Assembly: GCA_041666045.1 (NCBI GenBank)
Contig: JBAYHR010000001.1
Location: 187,391-251,390, forward strand
Source: Minisyncoccota bacterium
GTDB lineage: Bacteria; Patescibacteriota; Minisyncoccia; Phycocordibacterales; UBA9973
Direction of reading: 5' to 3'
DNA length: 64,000 nucleotides
Shown here: piece after piece, positions 8,939 to 18,125 of the stretch
How positions within the stretch are numbered: the first letter of the stretch is position 1
Layout: each line of letters begins with the position of its first letter
Position numbers and translations under genes: made by a program
Notes under the pieces: generated by a model
Seen by the model: only the letters and a program-made list of their open reading frames with translations
What the model was told of the DNA's origin: nothing
Database searches by the model: none

Positions 8939-11515
8939 TTATTTTTCAATTACTATTTTTTTATTAAGTATCTCATCTTCCCCTTTTAATATTAAAATGT
9001 AAACTCCTTGGTTAAAATCACTTAAATTTAATTCAATTTTATTAAAATTATGTAATTGTTCTTTATATACAATTTCTCCTAACATATTGTAGATATTTAT
9101 CTGAACATCTTTTTTCATATTCGAATTTAGGGCAATAGTAAATACTCCTGAACTTGGATTTGGATATATATTCAAAATTTTATCTTCCATTGCTAATTCT
9201 GGCACGCCAATACCCCCAAGCCCGGAAACTTCGACATGGATAAATTTGTCAGGGGTACGATTACCTTGTATATTTGGCTGTGACATATCTAAAGTTCTAT
9301 GATTAAACTTACATTTGTAATCTGTTCCCCAATTATATTCAGATACACAAATTACAGAACCTGTAACAGAGTTTACATATGCTACATGTCCATTTTCTCC
9401 AGCACCATTAATTGATGGATCAGAATGACCTTCCCACCAAGCAATAGAACCAATAGAAGGAATATTATTTACAGTAACACCATTTGCAGAAAAAATATTA
9501 TTCCAACGACAAGCATTAGATAATCTATAATCTACTCCAATAACATTGCAAATTGTTGAAATATCACTATGATCACCATCAAATATCCAATTATTAAAAG
9601 GATACTCGTTTGTGGGTAAAGTAATGGAAGTTTCTCCAAAAAACTCATTCACTTTCCAAGCTACATAAGAAACACATTGATATTTAATAAATCCCCATAT
9701 ATCGCCACCTACTAAACAAGGAGGAGCTCCTTCTCCAAAAGGAAATGTGTTTGTGTCGCATAAAATTGATTCTTCAACATTTACTGAAATAAAACTGTAA
9801 TTATTAGTATAATCAGTTTCGTTTAAATCATGTGGTGCATTTGCAATAATAATTATATACCATAAATTAGACGGGATATTTGATGGAATTGAAACTGTAA
9901 CAGTACGAGTAGTACTGCCTGTAATAGGTAAACTAGGTATATAATCATCTTTAATCCACGTGTCTATTCCTGAATTATATACATTATCATTTGATAGGAA
10001 AAAAGATGTAATTGAATTACCTGCTGTTCCGTTTCCTATATTATTTATAGTATAAGTTATTTGTGTTGAAGCTAATGGAATAAGATTAGAAATATTTACT
10101 GAAGGATATGTGATTGTTAAATCGGGTAGTATTGTTGTATTCTGTGTATATGTGCCTGTTAGATTATTTGTATTTCCATTAGTAACGGATATTGATTGAC
10201 TGTTAGGTGCAATCCATCCCGAAACTATATTGAAACCTACTGTATGATTTCCAGTTAAAACATTTGGTAAAATATAACCACTTGCATAATTACCTGTACC
10301 ATCAAGATTCCATGTTGCACCAGCACTTACCGCACCACTTGGATTAATTATTACCTTCACTGAACCATAAGTAACATTTTGTATGTAAGTACCTGTTAGA
10401 TTATTTGTATTACCGTTGGTAACCGTAATGGATTGGCTATTGGGCGAAGTCCATCCAGTAATAGAATAGAAATTAATCGTATGGTTTCCAGTAAGAATAT
10501 TATTTAAAGTTGTTCCACTATTTTGCCAACTACCTCCGTCAATATTCCATAGAGCACCCGCACTAACTGCACTGCTTGGATTGATAGTTACATGCACTGA
10601 ACCATATTGTGTTACAGGGTTAACAGTCAAATATGCATAATTGCTTTGTGCTTGGTTATTATTATTACAATTATTAATGAGACAATAATAGTTTCCTGCA
10701 TCACTAGTATTAAGGATAGGAGTAGTATATGAATTACTTGTGCTCGATGTGTTAGTAGTGTTAGTTATAAAACCACTTGGTCCATACCAAAAATAAGAAA
10801 AAGGAGGCGTTCCATTTACAGAAACATTAAATGTGGCAGTATTTCCAACTGTTTGGGTTTGAGTCTGAGGCTGTGTAACCATTGATACAGGCGTACAAGG
10901 TGTGGATGCTACATATATAAAAGAAACATTATCTAATCTTAAAGTTGATGGCAATGATGAATTTGTTGCACCATCAAATTCAATACTTAATTGTGTCCCT
11001 GCTAATAATAAATTAGGATCTGTTAAAGTATATGTTAACGTACTACCTGAAACATTTCCGATTGCCCATGGTTGTGCTGCCAAATACCAAGTGTATGGTG
11101 AATTTACAAGGGAAATAAAAGCTGTTATACCATCATGTCCTGTGGCGTTTTCAGTTCCAGTAGCATTCCAACAAAAACTTAAAGTTGCAGATGAACAATT
11201 TACAGGAATTGTGACAATTTGTTTTATCGTTCCTGATAGATTATTATCTGGTGAACCAGTAGAGTTAGCAATATAGGCATAACCAGTAGAAGGTGATCCA
11301 CATGGAGAATTAGTGTATGTTTGTCCGTAATCAAAATTACCGCTTGTTATCCAAGCAGAGTTCATTGTAGAAAAATTACCATCAATAATAAGTTCTGTTT
11401 GTGAAAAAACGTTTCCAACATATATGGTCAGAATTAAGAAAAAAAGTAAAGTTGTTTTCATAAGTGAGTTGTTATAGGCTAGTTTTATATTTTTTAAGAT
11501 TAATTTGTCATTCAA
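8939..11515 (-). CDS. Secreted multi-domain protein: signal peptide, two tandem ~90-aa beta-domain repeats, CHAP peptidoglycan hydrolase domain, T9SS-type C-terminal sorting domain
   Basis: CHAP motifs YQCVSYVAWKV (Cys) and GHVAYVNSV...SEYNW (His). C-terminal ILNIYPNPSSGVFTIALN...VQINIYNMLGEIVY...NQGVYILIL matches the Por_Secre_tail (TIGR04183) pattern. Probable true start is MKTTLLFF at 11461. Confidence 0.75.
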   Translation of the reverse strand: MNDKLILKNIKLAYNNSLMKTTLLFFLILTIYVGNVFSQTELIIDGNFSTMNSAWITSGNFDYGQTYTNSPCGSPSTGYAYIANSTGSPDNNLSGTIKQIVTIPVNCSSATLSFCWNATGTENATGHDGITAFISLVNSPYTWYLAAQPWAIGNVSGSTLTYTLTDPNLLLAGTQLSIEFDGATNSSLPSTLRLDNVSFIYVASTPCTPVSMVTQPQTQTQTVGNTATFNVSVNGTPPFSYFWYGPSGFITNTTNTSSTSNSYTTPILNTSDAGNYYCLINNCNNNNQAQSNYAYLTVNPVTQYGSVHVTINPSSAVSAGALWNIDGGSWQNSGTTLNNILTGNHTINFYSITGWTSPNSQSITVTNGNTNNLTGTYIQNVTYGSVKVIINPSGAVSAGATWNLDGTGNYASGYILPNVLTGNHTVGFNIVSGWIAPNSQSISVTNGNTNNLTGTYTQNTTILPDLTITYPSVNISNLIPLASTQITYTINNIGNGTAGNSITSFFLSNDNVYNSGIDTWIKDDYIPSLPITGSTTRTVTVSIPSNIPSNLWYIIIIANAPHDLNETDYTNNYSFISVNVEESILCDTNTFPFGEGAPPCLVGGDIWGFIKYQCVSYVAWKVNEFFGETSITLPTNEYPFNNWIFDGDHSDISTICNVIGVDYRLSNACRWNNIFSANGVTVNNIPSIGSIAWWEGHSDPSINGAGENGHVAYVNSVTGSVICVSEYNWGTDYKCKFNHRTLDMSQPNIQGNRTPDKFIHVEVSGLGGIGVPELAMEDKILNIYPNPSSGVFTIALNSNMKKDVQINIYNMLGEIVYKEQLHNFNKIELNLSDFNQGVYILILKGEDEILNKKIVIEK

Positions 11516-11640
11516 CCATTTTTACTATTATATAAAGATAAAGAATTTTAAAAAGGTAACCACTATTTCTAAAAATAATTTAGAAAATTAATGCCTACCC
11601 TCTCACTTTCCTACCTCGTTCATGCCTCCCTTCCCGCATA

Positions 11641-11689
11641 GCAAGATTGCGTATGGACTGTCAACAATGACAGCCATACGCAATCTTGC
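11641..11689. repeat. 49-bp near-perfect palindrome (22-bp arms, 4-nt loop) in intergenic region
   Basis: gcaagattgcgtatggactgtca-acaa-tgacagccatacgcaatcttgc, one bulged base. No T-run follows, so it is not a canonical terminator. Confidence 0.6.
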
Positions 11690-11818
11690 GGTGGACTCTG
11701 TCCCCCGTGCCCCCAGCAAAAACAGTTTCAATCGTAAATTGAAACTGATAAAAATAAATTTAATTTATAAGAATGCACTACCCGAAATTAAATTAACTAA
11801 ATTAAACTTGCAACAACT

Positions 11819-13252
11819 TTAATGCGAAATAATTAACTTCTGAAACATTTGCTTTTCTTTTGTTTGCACTTCAATAATATACATGCCTTGCGGTAATTGT
11901 GAAGTGTTAACTTTTACTTTATTTGCTGAATAATTTTGTTGTTTTAATAATTTACCTTCTATTGTATAAAGCTCTACTTCTTTAATAATTTGCTCATTCT
12001 CTGTTGTTATTTCAAATGAAGTGTTGGCGGGGTTAGGATAAATACTTAAATTACTTTCATTTATTATTTCGGGAATGCTATTACTTTGACTACAGGTATC
12101 AATATAAGAGCCACCAATCCATTTGGCAATTCGCAGAATACTATCACCATCAATAGTCCAAAAGCCACCACTTACATATAAAGTATCCTTATCCCATCCA
12201 ATTGCAGTTATTCTATTATCGAAATTACCGCCTAACCCGCACCATTTTGAACCATCCCATTTTGCAATATATTTTGCTGGAACACCTCCTGCATAACTGA
12301 ATATACCACCAATGTAAAGCTCACCATTATGAATTTTCATATCGTGAATTTGCCCATTATCTGATATGGAACCCGACAAACCAAGAGTACCACCTCCAAC
12401 ATCTTTCCATTGGGTTCCGTTCCACCGCTGAATAAAATTACCGACATTGCCGTCCTGAAGGTAAAATGCACCTGAAATATAAAGTTCGTCTTTATAAACC
12501 ACCATATCCTCAAGACCTGACATTCCACCGTGCATACCACCACCAACATTAACCCATGATGAACCATTAAATTTTATAATATCTGAAATAGTATCATTAT
12601 CAAAATTGCCACCAATATATAATTCATCATTATAATTCGCTATAGCTAAAACGTAATTAATGTCAGGGGTAGTCCACAGCATAGGGAAACTATTTACATC
12701 ACTCCAATTACTTCCATTCCATTTAGCAAGACTGTTAACATGAATAGTTCCAGCAGAATCAAATGTGCCACCAACATATAATTCATTGTTGATTTCTTTA
12801 AAACAATAAATAGAACCATTCACACCAGTACCAACAGTATCCCATGTTATACCGTTCCATTTAGCTATATGACGAAATTTACCAAATAAATATATGTTAT
12901 AACCACCAACATATATTTCGTTATTGTATTTTGTAATAGCAGTTACTGTAGCCCCCATATTAAGTCCAAGTGACAAAAAATTATTTCCATCCCATTTAGC
13001 AATACCACGAATATTATCAACCCCTAACAAATAAAAATATCCTCCGATATACATCTCATTTTCAATGGTGTCTTCATATATACAATTCGCACCCTCCCTA
13101 ATTCCGCCAATACCCTGCCAATTTTGTGCATTAGTAACTACAGGACTTATTATAAGCCAGAGTATAAAAAAGCGGACTAACATATTATTTGTCCTACACC
13201 AAATTCTTTGTTGGAGAGAACTCCAACAAAGAATTAAAAAACGGGTTAACAT
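11819..13252 (-). CDS. Secreted beta-propeller-like repeat protein with T9SS-type C-terminal sorting domain
   Basis: Repeated IAKWNG-x-W...LYVGG-F blades. C-terminal LSIYPNPANTSFEI...VELYTIEGKLL...QGMYIIEV matches the Por_Secre_tail pattern. Likely true start is MLVRFFILW (signal peptide) at 13183. Confidence 0.7.
   Translation of the reverse strand: MLTRFLILCWSSLQQRIWCRTNNMLVRFFILWLIISPVVTNAQNWQGIGGIREGANCIYEDTIENEMYIGGYFYLLGVDNIRGIAKWDGNNFLSLGLNMGATVTAITKYNNEIYVGGYNIYLFGKFRHIAKWNGITWDTVGTGVNGSIYCFKEINNELYVGGTFDSAGTIHVNSLAKWNGSNWSDVNSFPMLWTTPDINYVLAIANYNDELYIGGNFDNDTISDIIKFNGSSWVNVGGGMHGGMSGLEDMVVYKDELYISGAFYLQDGNVGNFIQRWNGTQWKDVGGGTLGLSGSISDNGQIHDMKIHNGELYIGGIFSYAGGVPAKYIAKWDGSKWCGLGGNFDNRITAIGWDKDTLYVSGGFWTIDGDSILRIAKWIGGSYIDTCSQSNSIPEIINESNLSIYPNPANTSFEITTENEQIIKEVELYTIEGKLLKQQNYSANKVKVNTSQLPQGMYIIEVQTKEKQMFQKLIISH
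13202..13235. repeat. 15-bp perfect inverted repeat (aattctttgttggag / ctccaacaaagaatt) flanked by direct repeats aacatattattt
   Basis: Read directly. Lies at the junction between the 1276-aa and 477-aa T9SS-type genes. Confidence 0.55.
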
Positions 13253-13253
13253 A

Positions 13254-16200
13254 TTATTTTTGTTTTATTATTTTACCCATGTGATTTTTACCTGAAATAT
13301 TTACAACTACAAAATAAATTCCATCTGAATAATCAGTTAAATTAATAGTTTTATTAAATGAACCTGCTAAATTATTAGAATTATTTTCGAATAATTTTTG
13401 TCCCATTGAATTATACACTGAAATTGTTATATTTTCTTTTTCTTTAAATTCTGCTTTTAGAGTATAAATTCCATTGCTTGGATTTGGATAAATAATAAAC
13501 GGTATTTTTGAATTAATAGTATTTTCTTCGATACCATATAAAATTGAATTTAAATCGAAACGTGCAATAAAACCATCGCTGAAATTACTGCTTGCATTTT
13601 CCCACTGTATCCATGCACCATTACCAAGATCAACAATAGGGAAAGCAGGCGTAACATAGTGCATACTACTAGTTCCTCCAACTAAATAAAGTCTATTATT
13701 GCTTGAAACAGTGCAAGCGTTTCCAAAATCATTTTCAGAACCTCCGAAATAAGTAGCCCAAATACGTTCATTATCACTAAAAGTGAATCCTAAAATATAG
13801 GCATCGCTTATATTAGAAGAATTAGCTATAGTATCCTGATTATATGCTCCGCTTAAAGATAAAGTATCTAATCCTCTTGTAGAACCTACTACAAAAAAAT
13901 AATCATATTTCATTGCAATAATATCATTTCCTGTATTAAAATCAGTATTTCCATAATATGTTGACCATAATCTATTTCCATTGTTACTGAATCTTGAAAT
14001 AAAAGTATTACTTGTACCATTAAGGGTAGTATCGCAATACGCAGGTGAACCGGGATTGTACCAAGGAAAATTTGTACTGCTTGTATTTCCTGTTATTAAT
14101 AAATTTCCACTGCCGGAAATATTTAACGCAATACCATTTTCATCACCACTTCCACCAAAATATGTTGACCAAACAATGGCATCAGAAGAGTTAAATTTTG
14201 CTATAAAAGCATCTGAAGTACCACTAATAGCATTATCAAAATAAGCACCGCTACCCGGATTAGTAACATTCATATCGTTACTTGAAACAGTACCTGTTAT
14301 AAAAACATTATCAGAATTATCTGTTTTAACGCTTGTTATCTCGTTTCCACTACTAGTCCCGGTATTAAAGAATGTTGCCCAAAGCCGTGCACCTTGCTTA
14401 GTAAACTTTGTTATTAGTCCGTCTCCTTTTGTACTATTATAATATGCACCCGGTAATGAATCTAAAGGAGTATTATTAACACTTCCTACACCAACAATAT
14501 ACAAATTATTGTTATTATCGCCAGTTATACTGCAAAAGAGGGAAGAACTATAATAAGTGTTCCAAATTATATTATTTCCGTTCGGATTCAATTCTAATAT
14601 AAAAGACCCTCCAGATGTACTGTCAACATAAGCACCAGATGGTTGTGAATTAACAGGTTGAATTGGAAAATCAGTACTACTTGCTTCTCCAACAACATAT
14701 ATATTTCCAGTAGTATTATCGGGGAAAATAGAGTATCCTACATCAAAACTTGTTCCGCCATAATATGTTACAAATTTTCGATGACCAGTATTATCGAATT
14801 TAAGAATTGTTGCATCTACATCGCCATGAAAATAATTACTTGATAAACCATTATATGGCGGAAAATTATTACTTGAAGTAAAACCTGTAATATAAGAATA
14901 TTGATTATCATTGTCGGTTTCTATGTCATGAAATCCATCGGGTACACTACCACCATAATATGTACTCCAGTCGAGATTGCCAATTTGTTGCTGTTGCTGT
15001 GTATGTCCCAAGTCAACCTGAATTATTAAAGCCTTAGCTGTATTATATGAACCAATATTAAATTGGTAATAATTATATGTGCTGTCTGTTTGCCAGTCGG
15101 CTGTCCAGCCAGTAATGGTATCGACTGTATTGTCGGTTTCCAACTGGTAAACTGTTGGTCTTTCATAAGTAATACTGCCAATGGAGCTATTTATTGTTAA
15201 TTCATTTGTAGTACCATCTAAATTAAATGAACTTGCACCGTCGTATTCCATCATAATGTCCGTAGGGTCTCCGCCCGGTTTAACAATAAAATAGTATTTT
15301 ATTCCGTTTTGGTTACTGCTGTACATTAAGTCAATGTTTGGATATAGTTCGGTAGTAACTAACTTTTTGTTACCACGTATTTCAGTAACTCCATCGGAGC
15401 AATGTGCTAAAAAGTAATTCATATATTCAGTAGTTTCTTCTAAAGGGTATGTTTTTGCATTTGTATTACATTTTGAAAATGCAACATCTATACGGTGTAA
15501 TGTATCTGTTGTGCTTATAATAGTATCAACATGTGCAAAAACAAAACTGTTACTATTTTTTCTAATATAAAATTCGGGAGAAGAATTTTTAGCATAATAT
15601 TTAATATCTGGTACAAGGTTAGTGTCTGTATCTATTATTTGTCCACTATTTTTGTAATATGAAAAACTATTTAGTGGGTCTTCACCATTGTAATCGGTAG
15701 GTGTAATAATATCTTTTTCAACATATTTTATAGTATAATATTCAAATTCACCAGGTGCAGTTTCACTTTCGCCTGTTACAACAATATCTTGATTGTTATC
15801 AATTGTAATATTTGTAACTTTATCGTTCAAATGATTTTCACCATCATTATGGATTGTCCAAATTACATTACCACTGGCATCGTATTTCATTGTATAATAA
15901 TCTGTACTGTCAATTTGCGTAAAAAAATAACCTGAGACATAAATATTTCCTGATGTGTCTATTGCCATAGCATAAGCTTCATCATCACCATCTAATGAAT
16001 CGTTAAATGTTTCGACCCATTGTTGAGTTCCACTGCTGTTATATTTTATTGTGGTAATATTTTTACCTTCTGTTGAAGAAGTTGTATAACCAGTAACATA
16101 GACATTACCAGAAGCATCAACTTTAATTCCTTTAGCAATATCATCAAGATTACTTCCACTATTATAGGTATTTTCCCAAGCTAAAGAAAGTGTTGAAGTA

Positions 16201-17084
16201 AGTTTTATTATATCGTAATTGTAACCTTGTCCGGAAACAGGTGTTGCTCCAACAATGTAAATATTACCTGATGCATCTTCAACCATATCGTTTACCTGAT
16301 CTATCCCTGTTGAACTATTCGAGCTTATAGAACCGAATCCCCAAGCACCTGTAGATTTATTAAAACTTTTACTGCACCATTTATAAGTTGTTGTGCCTGT
16401 TTGAAGTATGCCTGATACAGTTCCATTAGTACTACCAATGCTGATTTTAACTCCGGCATCGTTCAAGTTTGAAGAATGATTGTAACGACTTGCCCATTGC
16501 TGGGTTCCACTGCTGTTATATTTGATTGCCATTAAGTCAGTATTTGGAGTTGCATTATAACTGCTTCCGGTTATATAAACATCCCCGTTTGAATCAACTA
16601 CAATTTCTGCTCCTGAATCATAACTGCCTCCAGTTCCATTATAAGTTGACAGCCATTGCTGTGTACCGCTACTGTTGTATTTAATAGTGATAATATCGGC
16701 ATCGGTTGATGATGTAGTTACTGTTCCAGTAACATAGACATTTCCACTGCCATCAACATATAAACCTGCGCCAATATCCTGTCCGTTTGCACCACCGTTA
16801 TATTGTTGAATCCATTGCAATACTCCTGATGAATTATATTTGGCAGTAAGAATATCATAATTATTATTTCCGTTCATTGTTGCTCCTACTATATACACAT
16901 TGTTGCTACCATCGGTTTTGGTAACATTTTTATAAAAGAAGTTCTGCGAACCGTCTGTACTTGACCAGTCGGCGAATACTTTTAATTCGCTTTGCGAAAA
17001 AACTGTTTGAACAAAAGCCATAAGGCTTAAAAAGAAGCAAAATGCAATGCTTACTTTGATAGATTTTGTAATTGTTGTTTTCAT
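13254..17084 (-). CDS. Giant secreted SBBP beta-propeller-repeat protein with T9SS-type C-terminal sorting domain
   Basis: Signal peptide; many SBBP-like repeats (YN-SG-QW...Y-G---D-G-GL-VD-SGNVYVTG); C-terminal IYPNPSNGIYTLKAEF...ISVYNSMGQKLF...DGIYFVVV matches the Por_Secre_tail pattern. Confidence 0.75.
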   Translation of the reverse strand: MKTTITKSIKVSIAFCFFLSLMAFVQTVFSQSELKVFADWSSTDGSQNFFYKNVTKTDGSNNVYIVGATMNGNNNYDILTAKYNSSGVLQWIQQYNGGANGQDIGAGLYVDGSGNVYVTGTVTTSSTDADIITIKYNSSGTQQWLSTYNGTGGSYDSGAEIVVDSNGDVYITGSSYNATPNTDLMAIKYNSSGTQQWASRYNHSSNLNDAGVKISIGSTNGTVSGILQTGTTTYKWCSKSFNKSTGAWGFGSISSNSSTGIDQVNDMVEDASGNIYIVGATPVSGQGYNYDIIKLTSTLSLAWENTYNSGSNLDDIAKGIKVDASGNVYVTGYTTSSTEGKNITTIKYNSSGTQQWVETFNDSLDGDDEAYAMAIDTSGNIYVSGYFFTQIDSTDYYTMKYDASGNVIWTIHNDGENHLNDKVTNITIDNNQDIVVTGESETAPGEFEYYTIKYVEKDIITPTDYNGEDPLNSFSYYKNSGQIIDTDTNLVPDIKYYAKNSSPEFYIRKNSNSFVFAHVDTIISTTDTLHRIDVAFSKCNTNAKTYPLEETTEYMNYFLAHCSDGVTEIRGNKKLVTTELYPNIDLMYSSNQNGIKYYFIVKPGGDPTDIMMEYDGASSFNLDGTTNELTINSSIGSITYERPTVYQLETDNTVDTITGWTADWQTDSTYNYYQFNIGSYNTAKALIIQVDLGHTQQQQQIGNLDWSTYYGGSVPDGFHDIETDNDNQYSYITGFTSSNNFPPYNGLSSNYFHGDVDATILKFDNTGHRKFVTYYGGTSFDVGYSIFPDNTTGNIYVVGEASSTDFPIQPVNSQPSGAYVDSTSGGSFILELNPNGNNIIWNTYYSSSLFCSITGDNNNNLYIVGVGSVNNTPLDSLPGAYYNSTKGDGLITKFTKQGARLWATFFNTGTSSGNEITSVKTDNSDNVFITGTVSSNDMNVTNPGSGAYFDNAISGTSDAFIAKFNSSDAIVWSTYFGGSGDENGIALNISGSGNLLITGNTSSTNFPWYNPGSPAYCDTTLNGTSNTFISRFSNNGNRLWSTYYGNTDFNTGNDIIAMKYDYFFVVGSTRGLDTLSLSGAYNQDTIANSSNISDAYILGFTFSDNERIWATYFGGSENDFGNACTVSSNNRLYLVGGTSSMHYVTPAFPIVDLGNGAWIQWENASSNFSDGFIARFDLNSILYGIEENTINSKIPFIIYPNPSNGIYTLKAEFKEKENITISVYNSMGQKLFENNSNNLAGSFNKTINLTDYSDGIYFVVVNISGKNHMGKIIKQK

Positions 17085-17735
17085 AATTGATAATTTTTAG
17101 TTAATATAAGTTTAAAAAAAATTCAAAATTCCTTTTATGGCTTATAGTAGCGGAAATGATTAAAAGTTACCCAACAATTAAATTTTATTTTTTAAAACCT
17201 TTAAAATTTTACAAAAAAAAGGGCATGGGACATAACTGTATTCATACTGAGGCTCTCGCGAAGCCCACGTCACAAATAAGTATGCCCACGCCTTTGGCGT
17301 GAGCGTTATACTTATTATTCTAATGACGTTATAAATTTGCGAGATTCCAGTAAGAGAATAACAATAAACGCTACCAATATTTTTTAAAGAACGCATGTTA
17401 ACATTTTCATGTTTACTAAACAAAGTTACAATACTTTTATTATAATGACAAAATATTTAAAATATTTTGTTTTAAACCTAATTTTAACTTAAAAAAGGTA
17501 AAATTATCACTACTTTATAAATTCCATTAAAAAAGAGTTTGAAATTTTAAAAGGTAACCACTTTAATTCAAAGTTTATTTTATTTATATAACGTTTAAAG
17601 GGTTAAAAGTAATTCACATTCTCTTCAAATTGTCATCTGACAAGGCTTTTAGAAGGACGATAATAAATCATAAATCAGGGTGCAGAAAAGGTGTTTAATT
17701 AGGTGCAGAAATTTTTCCTTGATTTTTTCAATTTG

Positions 17736-17767
17736 CATAAAAAGAAAAGAGAGGCAACTGCCTCTCT
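17736..17767 (-). terminator. Intrinsic terminator (minus strand) immediately downstream of the tRNA-like element
   Basis: Perfect 8-bp stem agagaggc-aact-gcctctct followed on the minus strand by tttctttttat. Confidence 0.5.
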
Positions 17768-17774
17768 TTCAAGT

Positions 17775-17830
17775 ACCCCGGACCGGAATCGAACCGGTAC
17801 AGCCTTTGGGGCCACAGGATTTTAAGTCCT
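17775..17830 (-). ncRNA. tRNA-like element: 3' portion only (anticodon-like stem-loop cttaaaa, long variable region, canonical T-arm accgg-ttcgatt-ccggt, 3' acceptor-like ccgggg)
   Basis: Minus-strand reading aggacttaaaatcct...ggccccaaaggctgtaccggttcgattccggtccgggg. The T-loop is canonical, but no matching D-arm or 5' acceptor strand could be found upstream. Either a degenerate tRNA(Leu-TAA-like), a tRNA 3' fragment from an old integration, or an unusual ncRNA. Confidence 0.3.
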
Positions 17831-18125
17831 TTTGTATTTATTAATATAAATACGATACAGCCCATTGTTTCTATGTTTAGCGCAAAACGATACACCTCAT
17901 AAGGTGCAGTAGCAAGGTGCGGAAAATCTTATTTTCCACTCATTTTTTTAATTAATATTTCTAGTGTTTCTATACTAAGTTTGATATCATTTTTATATGA
18001 ATAAAGTTTCGTAAGCCAAATTGATAGGTCACCATTTCGTGCTAGCACGAGAAGTATACTAGAAGCCTTCCATTTTAGTGGCTTTTTATATGTTTAAGAA
18101 AACTTAAAAATGCTAGAATACAACT

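Noticed and set aside
17775-17900. Possibility that the tRNA-like element is the 3' end of a tmRNA (upstream gggctgt resembles the tmRNA 5' ggggctg)
   Set aside because: The putative 5' strand gggctgt is not complementary to the 3' acceptor-like ccggggt. The interval is far too short for tmRNA pseudoknots, and there is no resume-codon or tag ORF. Left as unresolved tRNA-like.
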